This document shows, one piece after another, positions 7,955 through 17,499 of a stretch of 38,174 nucleotides of DNA. The notes beneath the pieces are model-generated. The model was not told the DNA's origin and did not search any database. It saw nothing but the letters and a program-made list of their open reading frames with translations. The stretch is taken from positions 1 to 38,174 of the IMG/VR virus record IMGVR_UViG_3300031716_000027, one strand, 5' to 3'. The translations under genes and the position numbers were made by a program. Source of the DNA: a virus. Lineage: Duplodnaviria > Caudoviricetes. Numbering within the stretch: the stretch's first letter is position 1; the number at the start of each line of letters is the position of its first letter.

Positions 7955-8009
7955 TAATGTATTTTTTATTATTCATGTTATTATTTGTTCATATTACGGA
8001 GTTTATCAA

Positions 8010-10163
8010 ATGGTACAGAAAAAATACAAAAGTGAGCTTAAGACCCTTAAGCGACTCGTTGAAGCATCGTGCGATTATTTCAAGGCCAATAATCAGCGAT
8101 TCCACGCGTTCCAGCGCTTTACATTTCAATCTGCTTTAAATACACCAGACGTTGACACGTTACAAGCGCTTCAAAAGCCTGTCATTGAATTCAATATTGT
8201 TAATGCGCCAGTCGATAGATTATGCGGTGAATGGAGCAAACAGCAGCCATCAATATATGTTAGCGCTGAGGATGGCAAGCAGCTTGACCCGCAGATGCTC
8301 GGGGTGCTGGATGGTCATATAAGGCATATTATTTACAATCTTAATAAAGATAATACGCAGTACGGCGTATATCGTGACCAATTATCCGGCGGCTTTAGCA
8401 TGTATAAATGCTACGCTAAATACAAAAATGAAATGAGCTTTGAACAAGATTTAATTGTTGAGCGTATATTTGAACCCACGCTTGCCGGTTTTGACCCAAT
8501 GTCGCGTAAAGTGACTAAAAGCGATGCTGATTATTACTTTGAAATCTTCCCGATGCCAGAAGAAGAGTTCAAGATTGAATATCCAGGTCAAAAAACCGAA
8601 AATATGAGCTTCATTAAGCTAGATGGCCAATCTATTTCGTGGTCATATACTGATGGTAAGAATAAACGATTTGTAGTTGTCTGCGATATATACAAGAAAA
8701 AGCGCACAGAAATGACTATATTGAAACTTGCTGACGGACGAACAGTTACACAAGATGCGTATAACGAGGAAATGGAAAAATGGGATTCGATTGCGCAGCC
8801 ACCTGAAATTGTAAATACTCGAAAATCGATGATGACAAAAATTTGCAGATATCGAATCAATGAAATTGATGTACTAGATTACGAGGAAACCCCGTATAGA
8901 AACAATAATATTATATTCGTTGATGGTAATTCTGTAACAATAAAAGACGAAGGCAATGGCAACTTTAAGCAGTTTACCAAGCCGTATATTTATCACGCCA
9001 AAGGCTTGCAGCAGCTTACCAATTTAGCTGGACAAATGATTGGTAATGATTTTGAAAACATGGTTATGCACAAATTTATGGTAGCTAAAGAGGCTATACC
9101 GCAGGAAGAGGAATACAAAGAAGCTCTTATAAATCCTCAAGTATCGCAAGTGCTGGTTTACAACGCCTTCATGGATAATGACCCCGATAAACCCGAATTG
9201 CCACCCATTCAGCCTGTGCAGCGCGTACCATTACCTAACGAGGTCACTAATGTATTTAACAACTGCATGCAAATGCTTCAAAATATACTGGGAAGCTATG
9301 ATGCACAGTTAGGTATTCAGCAAACACAATTATCAGGGGTTGCTATCACGGAGGGCGCTACACAGTCTAATGCAGCGGCAATGCCATATGTAGTAAATTA
9401 CATGCATGCATTAAACGATGTAGCGCAATGGTGCCTTGACATGATACCAAAGATATACAAAACGCCCCGCACTATTCCGATTGTTACTAAAGACGGCCAA
9501 TCTGCATTTGTCGAAATTAACGGGGAAAATGGCCCCAAGATTGATTATGACTCATGTGATTTAAATGTTCGCGTTGAGGCGGGTGTAAGCTTTTCGGTTG
9601 CCAAGAATCGAGCTATACAGCAAATTACTGCTTTAATGAGTGTGTCACAAGAATTTGCTGCATTTATGAACAGCGTGGGCTTGCCTGTCTTGTTAGATAA
9701 TCTCGAATTCCGGGGCGTTGACATACTAAAAGATATGGCGCAAAAGTGGATGGAGCAACAACAACAAAACCAACAGCCAAGCCCTGAAGAGCTTAACGCA
9801 CAGGCAGCCAATACCCGTGCGCAAGCAACTATGGTGGATGCGCAAACAAACGCGGCTTTGGCTCAAAGCAAAATACAAGAAAGCTCTTACAACACCGCAA
9901 TAAAAGCAAAGCAGCAAGAAACAGCCCAGCAAGACGCCGATACAGACCGCTTGAAAGTATTGGCAGCTATTGGAGAAAATAGAAACAAATTACTGCTTGA
10001 CGCATCAAAAGTACAAGCGGAGGAAGGCCGTACAAAAGTGGAGATGGCATCGATAGTGCATGAATCAATGCTCAATCAACAAGACCAAGAGCACCGACAT
10101 TTAAAAGATATTATCGAGATGGCTCAGCCCTCACAAGATGAGGCGCAGGAAAATTTAAGTTAA
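8010..10163 (+). CDS. Portal protein (P22-like)
   Basis: 717 aa directly after TerL, with QLSGVAI and a long Q/A-rich C-terminal coiled-coil barrel like the P22 portal. Confidence 0.85.
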   Translation: MVQKKYKSELKTLKRLVEASCDYFKANNQRFHAFQRFTFQSALNTPDVDTLQALQKPVIEFNIVNAPVDRLCGEWSKQQPSIYVSAEDGKQLDPQMLGVLDGHIRHIIYNLNKDNTQYGVYRDQLSGGFSMYKCYAKYKNEMSFEQDLIVERIFEPTLAGFDPMSRKVTKSDADYYFEIFPMPEEEFKIEYPGQKTENMSFIKLDGQSISWSYTDGKNKRFVVVCDIYKKKRTEMTILKLADGRTVTQDAYNEEMEKWDSIAQPPEIVNTRKSMMTKICRYRINEIDVLDYEETPYRNNNIIFVDGNSVTIKDEGNGNFKQFTKPYIYHAKGLQQLTNLAGQMIGNDFENMVMHKFMVAKEAIPQEEEYKEALINPQVSQVLVYNAFMDNDPDKPELPPIQPVQRVPLPNEVTNVFNNCMQMLQNILGSYDAQLGIQQTQLSGVAITEGATQSNAAAMPYVVNYMHALNDVAQWCLDMIPKIYKTPRTIPIVTKDGQSAFVEINGENGPKIDYDSCDLNVRVEAGVSFSVAKNRAIQQITALMSVSQEFAAFMNSVGLPVLLDNLEFRGVDILKDMAQKWMEQQQQNQQPSPEELNAQAANTRAQATMVDAQTNAALAQSKIQESSYNTAIKAKQQETAQQDADTDRLKVLAAIGENRNKLLLDASKVQAEEGRTKVEMASIVHESMLNQQDQEHRHLKDIIEMAQPSQDEAQENLS

Positions 10164-10213
10164 AATAAATAAATAGTTGATTTATTTAAAATATGCATAT
10201 AATATATCAACAT

Positions 10214-10311
10214 ATAGCAACTATGCTCTAAATAGGATTACCGAGTCATCGGGTTAATAATGGCACAACTTGTGTAACAAGGCATTACCGTAGCGGGGAA
10301 ATAGCTGGAGG
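10214..10311 (+). promoter_or_regulatory. Structured 5' leader of the scaffold gene (tandem mini-pseudoknots)
   Basis: Four consecutive short hairpins whose loops can pair with downstream bases, ending at the GGAGG RBS. Confidence 0.4.
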
Positions 10312-10317
10312 TTTCGA

Positions 10318-11040
10318 ATGACAGATTTAAATAATGATGTAACATCGGATTCAATAGACGCTTTTCAAGCAGATGATGCAAGTGTAAGCACTGAATCAAC
10401 GAATGAAGCGGCGGTAACTGAAAGCGCCCCGGTGACTGAGAAATTAATTCCACAGTCGCAAGTTAATAGAATTGTAAGCGCGAGACTCAAAGAGCAAGCG
10501 GCACAGCAAGAGAGATTAAAAGCTCAAGCCCAGCAAGCTACTCCACAGCCTCTATCTTACGAGCAGCAAACCGGACAAGCAGGCTTAAGTGAAGCGCAGC
10601 TCAGACAAATTATTCAGCAAGAAGCAGCTAAATTAGCTCATATTGATAAAGCTAATTCAATTGCCAAAAGCTACACAGGCAAAATCAATGAAGCAATGAA
10701 TAGTGACCCTGAATTTGCCGAGTTATACAGTGATTTAAATATCGAGGAACACCCTGAGCTAGTACTTTTAGTCAATGAACTGGATAATACGGCAGCAGTT
10801 ATTAAAGATATCGCCAAAAATCCAGCTAAGTTCTCTAATGTACTTATGCTTGCTAGTGCCGGTAAGATTGGGTTAGCCAAAAAAGCCTTGAGCGGCTTAT
10901 CTAATTCAATCAAAACTAATGAAGCGGCGAAAAAGCAAGAGATAGCCCCAGCCCCTCTAAGTCAAATGAAACCATCACACTTAAGCGCGGGTGATGGCAG
11001 AATGACTGTAAGAGATTTTAAGAGCCAATTTAGAGGCTAA
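10318..11040 (+). CDS. Capsid scaffolding protein
   Basis: Between portal and coat. Acidic disordered N-terminus, helical A/Q/E-rich body and a short C-terminal helix. Confidence 0.75.
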   Translation: MTDLNNDVTSDSIDAFQADDASVSTESTNEAAVTESAPVTEKLIPQSQVNRIVSARLKEQAAQQERLKAQAQQATPQPLSYEQQTGQAGLSEAQLRQIIQQEAAKLAHIDKANSIAKSYTGKINEAMNSDPEFAELYSDLNIEEHPELVLLVNELDNTAAVIKDIAKNPAKFSNVLMLASAGKIGLAKKALSGLSNSIKTNEAAKKQEIAPAPLSQMKPSHLSAGDGRMTVRDFKSQFRG

Positions 11041-11098
11041 TTTTCTTTCGGATACAGCCATTACCTAGATTAAATTTTATTTATCTACGGAGTTTATT

Positions 11099-12412
11099 AT
11101 GGCTAGTATCCCGAGCAATATTCTACAGAATGTACAAACATTCCAAATGGCAGAGTTGGCATTTTTGCAAAACTCGTTTGCCGCTATCGCGTTATCGAAC
11201 AAAAAGTTTAAAGATTTTAATAACTTAACTGCAAATCTGGGTGACACTGTAACATTTGACTTGGCGCCTCGCTTCACAAGCCGTCCTGGTCTTGTTATTA
11301 CTCAACAACCATCCGTGCAACGTCCACAAACGTTAGTTTGTTCGCAAGCTGAAAACGTTTCAAGCGCGTACACCGACCAACAATTTATCTTCAATGTTGA
11401 AGATTATATGAGCCGTTTCGGCATGTCTGCTGTAAAAGAATTGGGCACGAAAATTGAAGCTGATATCTTAAAAAGCGTTATTTCTGAATTACGCGTAAAT
11501 GACCCCGAGGCAAATAATTTCGGCTCTTTGATTCAAAACACTGGCCCATTCCGCTTTTTCGGGAATGGCATTACTCAAATTAACAGCTTTTCACAATTAG
11601 CGCAGGCGCTGGCTAATTTCCGTGCATACGGTGCGGACATGGGCATGACGCGAGCCATTTTACCAATGGAAGTTATCCCAGCGATTGTGAATACCGGCCT
11701 TAATCAATTTGCCATGAGTCGTAACAACGAATTGGCAAACAGTTGGGAATTAGGCAAGTTTAGCAATTGTGATTGGTATCAATCCAATTTATTACCTGTC
11801 CATATCTCTGGCACGATTGGTGATGCTGCGGCACCTAATAATGTTGTTACCGTCGTTTCAACAAATGACCCAACCGGCAATAACATTACCGCTATTACAT
11901 TCACTGAGCCTACAAGTAGCTCCAGTGCTACGGCTTTTCGCGCTGGTGATATGCTGCAGTTTGACGATCCAACCTTTAAATTATTAACTTTTATTGGCCA
12001 TATTCAGACATCCTTGCCAGTGCAATTAGTGGTTACTCAAGATGCCATTAGTACAGCCGGTACGGTTACGGTTAATGTGCGCACTGTTACTAACATTGGT
12101 TTGGTTTCTGCACCAACGCAAAATCAAAATATTAACAAGGCGATTACTGCTGGCATGACCGCAACTGTGGTGCCAAGCCACCGAGCTGGTGTCATCTGGT
12201 CGGGTGACACTTGGTACTTAGCTATGCCAAAACTGCCGGATTATGAACCTTATCCGTCTGTGCAAACGGTTGACCCTGATTCAGGCGTCACAGTTCGGCA
12301 CTATTGGGGTTCGCTCTTCGGTCAAAACGTACGCTCTTATGTTCGTGACAATATTTGGGGCTCGACGTTAGTACCTGAAAACTGTATGCGCCTCATATTC
12401 CCTTTAACTTAG
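11099..12412 (+). CDS. Major capsid (coat) protein, P22-like
   Basis: 437 aa; NLGDTVTFDLAPRF motif and an insertion domain (FRAGDMLQF) as in the P22 coat family; followed by a terminator. Confidence 0.88.
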   Translation: MASIPSNILQNVQTFQMAELAFLQNSFAAIALSNKKFKDFNNLTANLGDTVTFDLAPRFTSRPGLVITQQPSVQRPQTLVCSQAENVSSAYTDQQFIFNVEDYMSRFGMSAVKELGTKIEADILKSVISELRVNDPEANNFGSLIQNTGPFRFFGNGITQINSFSQLAQALANFRAYGADMGMTRAILPMEVIPAIVNTGLNQFAMSRNNELANSWELGKFSNCDWYQSNLLPVHISGTIGDAAAPNNVVTVVSTNDPTGNNITAITFTEPTSSSSATAFRAGDMLQFDDPTFKLLTFIGHIQTSLPVQLVVTQDAISTAGTVTVNVRTVTNIGLVSAPTQNQNINKAITAGMTATVVPSHRAGVIWSGDTWYLAMPKLPDYEPYPSVQTVDPDSGVTVRHYWGSLFGQNVRSYVRDNIWGSTLVPENCMRLIFPLT

Positions 12413-12421
12413 ACTGAGACC

Positions 12422-12447
12422 AAAGGAGCCTTAATTGGCTCCTTTTT
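12422..12447 (+). terminator. Rho-independent terminator after the coat gene
   Basis: AAAGGAGCC-TTAATT-GGCTCCTTTTT. Confidence 0.75.
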
Positions 12448-12473
12448 AAATCACTTACACAGGAATTACAAAG

Positions 12474-13280
12474 ATGACTAACGAAACTTATGTGCCGATT
12501 ATCAATGCAACTTACTTAAACGCAAACGGTTTGTTAATTTCTAACAATGCAACCACCCCTAATACCAAGCTAGATATTACGGCTGGTTTGGCTCGCGACC
12601 AAACAAATACTTATGACATCAACTTAGGTAATTTTTTGGGCGCAAATCCAGGCTTACCGGCTGATGTGACAACTACTGTTAATGCTGCAGTTGTTGGCGC
12701 GGGCGGTATCGATGTGGGTACATTGGGCAACAATAAAGTGTATTATGTTTACATTTTATTAGCGGCTGATTACACCACCTCTGCAATGATTTCTTTAGCA
12801 GCGCCCTCTGCTGGCCCCGTAATGCCCTACAACTATTTAGCCTATAGACATATTGGCTTCATTGTAACCAACTCATCAGCGCAATTTTTGCCTGCTTACT
12901 GGTCAGGTAACCGCAATAGCCGTAACATGTCATTTGATGCGCCACAAGCAACTGCGGTTAGTGCAGGCAATGCAACCAGTTACACTAATGTCAATTTAAC
13001 GAACTGGGTACCATTAATCAATAATACGCCTGTTTCGATTTATTCAGCATTTACCCCAGGTGCGGCAAGTAGAACCTTGAATTTGTCTCCTGCTGGTGCA
13101 ACAGGTAACGCTATTCAAATTACAGGCCAAGTTACATCGGTTGTAGTTACTTCAGTTGACACGGTTTTAGCACGAAATGCGACCATTTCATCTGTGTTAT
13201 CACCTGCGATTGAATATAAAGTTGCTAATTCAGGTGACGCAGTCGCGTTATATGTGGGTGGCTTCCAGTACGATATCTAA
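12474..13280 (+). CDS. Virion structural protein (possible head decoration or fibre)
   Basis: Beta-rich, T/N/A/V-rich protein right after the coat gene. Confidence 0.55.
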   Translation: MTNETYVPIINATYLNANGLLISNNATTPNTKLDITAGLARDQTNTYDINLGNFLGANPGLPADVTTTVNAAVVGAGGIDVGTLGNNKVYYVYILLAADYTTSAMISLAAPSAGPVMPYNYLAYRHIGFIVTNSSAQFLPAYWSGNRNSRNMSFDAPQATAVSAGNATSYTNVNLTNWVPLINNTPVSIYSAFTPGAASRTLNLSPAGATGNAIQITGQVTSVVVTSVDTVLARNATISSVLSPAIEYKVANSGDAVALYVGGFQYDI

Positions 13281-13289
13281 GAGGTTGTA

Positions 13290-13994
13290 ATGGCTTATTC
13301 AGCAACGCTTTTAATAACAAGGGCATATTACTTATCGGGCGTCGTTGCCCGAGAGTTTCAAACGGTCTCAGGCTCGCAAATAGCCGATGGATTGTTCTTG
13401 TTAAATGCGTTGCTGGATTTTAAAGCAACTCAAACAACGCTTATACCGTACTTTAAACGAACAGAATTCCCACTTGTCTATGGACAAGAAGAATATTTTA
13501 TTGAAAATTTATATCAAATTGAAAATTTGACATTCAATATGGGCGTTGTTCGATATCCTATGAATGAAGTATCCCGCAATCAATATTTTGGGTTTGGTCG
13601 TGTAGACAACATCACGTCACTGCCATTTAGCTGGCACACAGAAAGAGAAAAAGGCGGCATACGCATCTATGTTTATTTTTTGCCGGACTCTAATTACATT
13701 GCAAAGCTGTCCGGTAAATATGCCTTAACTGACGTCACTTTAACCACTGATTTAAGTACGGCGTATGATGGTTTTTATATAGAATATTTACGTTATGCAT
13801 TAGCAAGATATATAGCACAAGAATTTAACGTGCAATTTTCACCTGACAAAGAAAAAATGATCCAAGTAATGGAGAAAAATTTAACATGGGTTTCACCGCC
13901 CGACTTAACCACCAAAAAGGCCAGCTTAATCAGTAATAAGAACTCGATAAATTGGCAGCAAATTAACCTTGGTAAAGGATGGGTGCCATTCTGA
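13290..13994 (+). CDS. Head-tail adaptor (P22 gp4-like position)
   Basis: LITRAY..SGV...DGL..LN.LL and YLRYALARYIA helices typical of adaptors; synteny. Confidence 0.65.
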   Translation: MAYSATLLITRAYYLSGVVAREFQTVSGSQIADGLFLLNALLDFKATQTTLIPYFKRTEFPLVYGQEEYFIENLYQIENLTFNMGVVRYPMNEVSRNQYFGFGRVDNITSLPFSWHTEREKGGIRIYVYFLPDSNYIAKLSGKYALTDVTLTTDLSTAYDGFYIEYLRYALARYIAQEFNVQFSPDKEKMIQVMEKNLTWVSPPDLTTKKASLISNKNSINWQQINLGKGWVPF

Positions 13995-15460
13995 TGTCAA
14001 CTAAAACAGGTGGAATAAAATACCAAGACATTCCTTTGGAGATTGTCGGAAGCACTAAATTTGGACGATTTCCCAAGATGTCGTCTGAACAAACGTTTAA
14101 TATGATTATATCTGATGATTGGCTTGTGCCATTTGGCGGCTATCAAATGATAAACAAAATTAGTCCACAAGGTCAGGGGCGCGGAATATTAACCAGCACG
14201 AAATTTAACAAAATCTATATGGTCATCGATAATGATGCTTATTCTTACGACTCATCAGGCTCACGCAATATTATTGGAACGTTGCAAACATTTGTTGGCG
14301 ATGTTTATATTGCAGAAAACAATATTGACCAAGTGATTTTTAGCGATAGTGAAAATTTATATTGTTACAATACTATTACAAATGACTTTGATACTATAAC
14401 AGCTACCACGCTTGGATTTACACCAGGATATATCACCTTTCAAAATGGTCGATTTATCACTGGCGATATAAAAACAAATGCATGGCGTTTATCACTTGAT
14501 ACTGACGGTAAGATATGGCCATTTGACGCGCAGCATGTTGGCGCAATCGAAACGAAACCAACCCTATTTAAGGGCGTCCTTCGCTTCCCTGGGAAGGGAA
14601 ATATGCTGCTGGTATTTGGCGAAACTGTCAGCGAGTTATTCCAAGATACGGGCGCGACGCTCTTTCCTTATCAGCGAAACCAATCAGTTAACATCGATTA
14701 TGGCTTGATTAATCCAGCTACATTAGCAGGTATTCAAGATTTCGTATGCTGGGTAGGTATTAATGAACAGGCAGGCCCAGCGATTATGTTTACTGGTGGC
14801 TCTGGCGTAGACAAAATATCAACTGATGGCATTGATTATAAACTGGCTGAGCTAACGGAGCCAACGAATTGCTATGCATTCATGGTAAGATTGAGCGGTC
14901 ATTTATGTTACATCGTGACATGGGTTGCTGATAATTTAACCTATTTATACGATTTTAATACAAAGAGATTTTTTACTTTATGCGATGAAAACATGAATGC
15001 ATTCATTGTTAAGCGTGTAGCGTTTTTCAATGATCAATATTATTTTGTTAGTTTGCGTGACGGAAACCTTTATCAGTTAAAAAGTAATTACTTTAATTAT
15101 GATTATGGTGATGGAGATATTAAAGAAATTCCTATGATTAGGATTTTGCCAAATATCCAATTTCCAGACCAATCAAGATTCGTCGTAGGGTACAGTGGCT
15201 TTACCATTCAATCAGGCTCTTTCCCTTATACGCTGCCTGCAAATGACAACATTCCTCGCGTTGATTTGTCGCTATCAACTGATGGCGGCGTAAATTATGG
15301 CAGTAACGTGGCGCAAAGAATGCGACCTCAAGGTTTGCGTAGAAATCGTTTAATGTGGTACTCGCTAGGCTCAATGAATGATTTGGTGCATCAATATCGA
15401 TTTCATGGTCTAAATGGTCCTTTTGTTTGTTCAAATGGCGTGGCGGGGGTATATCAATGA
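13994..15460 (+). CDS. Tail hub / packaged-DNA stabilisation protein (P22 gp10-like)
   Basis: Beta-propeller-like composition; LS.S.DGG.NYG...W..LG motif near the C-terminus; TGATG coupling at 13994. Confidence 0.75.
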   Translation: MSTKTGGIKYQDIPLEIVGSTKFGRFPKMSSEQTFNMIISDDWLVPFGGYQMINKISPQGQGRGILTSTKFNKIYMVIDNDAYSYDSSGSRNIIGTLQTFVGDVYIAENNIDQVIFSDSENLYCYNTITNDFDTITATTLGFTPGYITFQNGRFITGDIKTNAWRLSLDTDGKIWPFDAQHVGAIETKPTLFKGVLRFPGKGNMLLVFGETVSELFQDTGATLFPYQRNQSVNIDYGLINPATLAGIQDFVCWVGINEQAGPAIMFTGGSGVDKISTDGIDYKLAELTEPTNCYAFMVRLSGHLCYIVTWVADNLTYLYDFNTKRFFTLCDENMNAFIVKRVAFFNDQYYFVSLRDGNLYQLKSNYFNYDYGDGDIKEIPMIRILPNIQFPDQSRFVVGYSGFTIQSGSFPYTLPANDNIPRVDLSLSTDGGVNYGSNVAQRMRPQGLRRNRLMWYSLGSMNDLVHQYRFHGLNGPFVCSNGVAGVYQ

Positions 15461-15762
15461 ATATTGTTTTGCTTCCTATTGAGCCACCTGTTGATAAAGA
15501 TACGGGAGAATGGACTGATACATGGGCGAATTACTTTCAACAGCAGCAAATATTAATGCAGCAAGCTTTAAGCGATGAAGGGTTCGTTGTTCCTTCTCAA
15601 GATACAGCGAATATTGCCATCTTGCAAAATAGTCCAAAAATTCCCGCGGGAACATTGATTTTTGACTCAAGCGCAGTTAATGGCGGGAGCTCTGGCGCCC
15701 CAAATGGTCAGCTTTTTATTAAATTACAAGATGGTATTTTTCATGCCATACCCAATTTATAG
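15457..15762 (+). CDS. Small tail-associated protein
   Basis: ATGA overlap; P.VDK.TG..T..W..YF motif, in the slot after gp10-like genes. Confidence 0.6.
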   Translation: MNIVLLPIEPPVDKDTGEWTDTWANYFQQQQILMQQALSDEGFVVPSQDTANIAILQNSPKIPAGTLIFDSSAVNGGSSGAPNGQLFIKLQDGIFHAIPNL

Positions 15763-15771
15763 GAGAATGAA

Positions 15772-16386
15772 ATGGCATTTTACAGCAACCCATCGAATTC
15801 AGCTCAAAAATATGTAAGTCAGATACCTGGTCAAGTAACGCCTGTATTACAGCCTTATGTCACGGCGGGTCAAAAATCATTAGGAGCCTTAAATAATCAA
15901 TATGCCGGATTATTGAGCAATTATGGGCAGCTTCAAGACCAATATAACAGCCTAATTACAAACCCCGCTGGCGTGATGAATCAAATTGGCGCAGGCTATC
16001 AAGAAAGCCCAGGCTATCAATTTCAGGTTGAGCAAAGCGAAGGGGCTGAAGCTAATCGAGCCGATGCGGGTGGTTATGCTGGCACGCCACAAGATGAACA
16101 GCAATCTGCTTACATAGCAAACCAGTTAGCTAATCAAGATTTCTACAATTATTTAAATCACGCATTAAAACTGTTTGGCGGTGGTGTAAAAGGTGCTCAA
16201 GGGTTGTATAATGAAGGTCTCCATGGTGTGGAAGATGTTGCACATATGGGGCAGACTTCAGCGAGTGATTTGGCTAGTGTTTTGGCTCAAACATTAATGG
16301 CTCAAGCTAATTTAGCGTATGCAGGTCAAGCGAATCAAAATCAGCATAATGGCGGCATTGTGGGTGGCATATTGGGGTTATTATAA
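15772..16386 (+). CDS. Ejection (DNA transfer) protein, gp7-like
   Basis: LQPY..AG...L and ESPGYQFQ motifs; G/A/Q-rich with a hydrophobic Gly-rich tail. Confidence 0.7.
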   Translation: MAFYSNPSNSAQKYVSQIPGQVTPVLQPYVTAGQKSLGALNNQYAGLLSNYGQLQDQYNSLITNPAGVMNQIGAGYQESPGYQFQVEQSEGAEANRADAGGYAGTPQDEQQSAYIANQLANQDFYNYLNHALKLFGGGVKGAQGLYNEGLHGVEDVAHMGQTSASDLASVLAQTLMAQANLAYAGQANQNQHNGGIVGGILGLL

Positions 16387-17499
16387 ATGGCAATTGATAT
16401 AGGGCAAGGAAACTTTCCAATATTAAATCAATCTCAGGCTAACCCAACGCTTGCGGGATTGGCGAATGGTATTGCTATGCATTTACAAATGCAGGCTGCT
16501 AGAGCAAATAAGGCTAGATTACCCTATGTTGGTCCACAAGCCGCAGCGCAACTACAACAAGCGCAGTTAGCGAATCAACGCTCACAGGCAACGTTGCCCT
16601 ATGCGGGTCCACAAGCAGCGGCTGATTTACAGCGTAGTAATTTAGCAAATGAATGGTTTGCGCCAGAAGCCAAAGCACAAATAGCACAGCAAAATGCCTC
16701 GACACAGAATATGATTCAAAATGCTTTAGCACAAAAAATACTTAATCAATTCTTACCTCAGCAGCAGCAAGCAGATATTGCGCAAAAAGGCGCAATGAGC
16801 AATTATTATCAAAGCGGCGGAGCGAATAAAGGTGTTGACGCTCAGCGATTTAACATGCTTAAGCAGCAAATTATTGCCGAACACCCTGAGTGGGCAAATG
16901 ACCCATCAAAGATTGTTCAAGCAACCAACGCTTATTTGGGTGGTTCGACAACATTGCCGGATGGTAGCCAACTGCCGCAACCCAGCAAAGCAATTACCGA
17001 TATGGCTGACATTATTAACTTGCATACGAACACATCGCAAGGCGCTAATCAGCAACGTTATGCCGCCACACTTGATACAGCATTTAACAGTGCTGACAAA
17101 TTAGTGCCATCGGCATTTAAATATGCTGGCGTAGGGGGTCAAGCAAAATTGCAGGCTGATAAAGCAGCCGCGGCAGCGGGTACGGTCAGTCCTGATTATC
17201 AGGCATATTTACAATTTACACGTCAAACTATCCCCGCTTTGGCAAGTGAAATATTACGTACCGGTGGCGCTAACTCGACTGACCAGCAAAAAATCATGGC
17301 CATTCAGCAGCTTAATCCTATTGCGTATGATAGTAATCCGACACTGGCTAAACAACAATTTCAGTACTTGGAAAATCTATATAAAGATATCGGCAAAACT
17401 ATTTCTCAATCGGTTACTCAAACACAAGCGCAATTGCAAGGGGGTCGTAATTCTGCCTCCAGCAAGAGCACTTCAAATGACCCATTAGGAATGCTGTAA
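16387..17499 (+). CDS. Ejection protein, gp20-like position
   Basis: Q/A-rich and helical, with internal repeat LPY(V/A)GPQAAA.LQ...LAN; ends DPLGML. Confidence 0.65.
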   Translation: MAIDIGQGNFPILNQSQANPTLAGLANGIAMHLQMQAARANKARLPYVGPQAAAQLQQAQLANQRSQATLPYAGPQAAADLQRSNLANEWFAPEAKAQIAQQNASTQNMIQNALAQKILNQFLPQQQQADIAQKGAMSNYYQSGGANKGVDAQRFNMLKQQIIAEHPEWANDPSKIVQATNAYLGGSTTLPDGSQLPQPSKAITDMADIINLHTNTSQGANQQRYAATLDTAFNSADKLVPSAFKYAGVGGQAKLQADKAAAAAGTVSPDYQAYLQFTRQTIPALASEILRTGGANSTDQQKIMAIQQLNPIAYDSNPTLAKQQFQYLENLYKDIGKTISQSVTQTQAQLQGGRNSASSKSTSNDPLGML

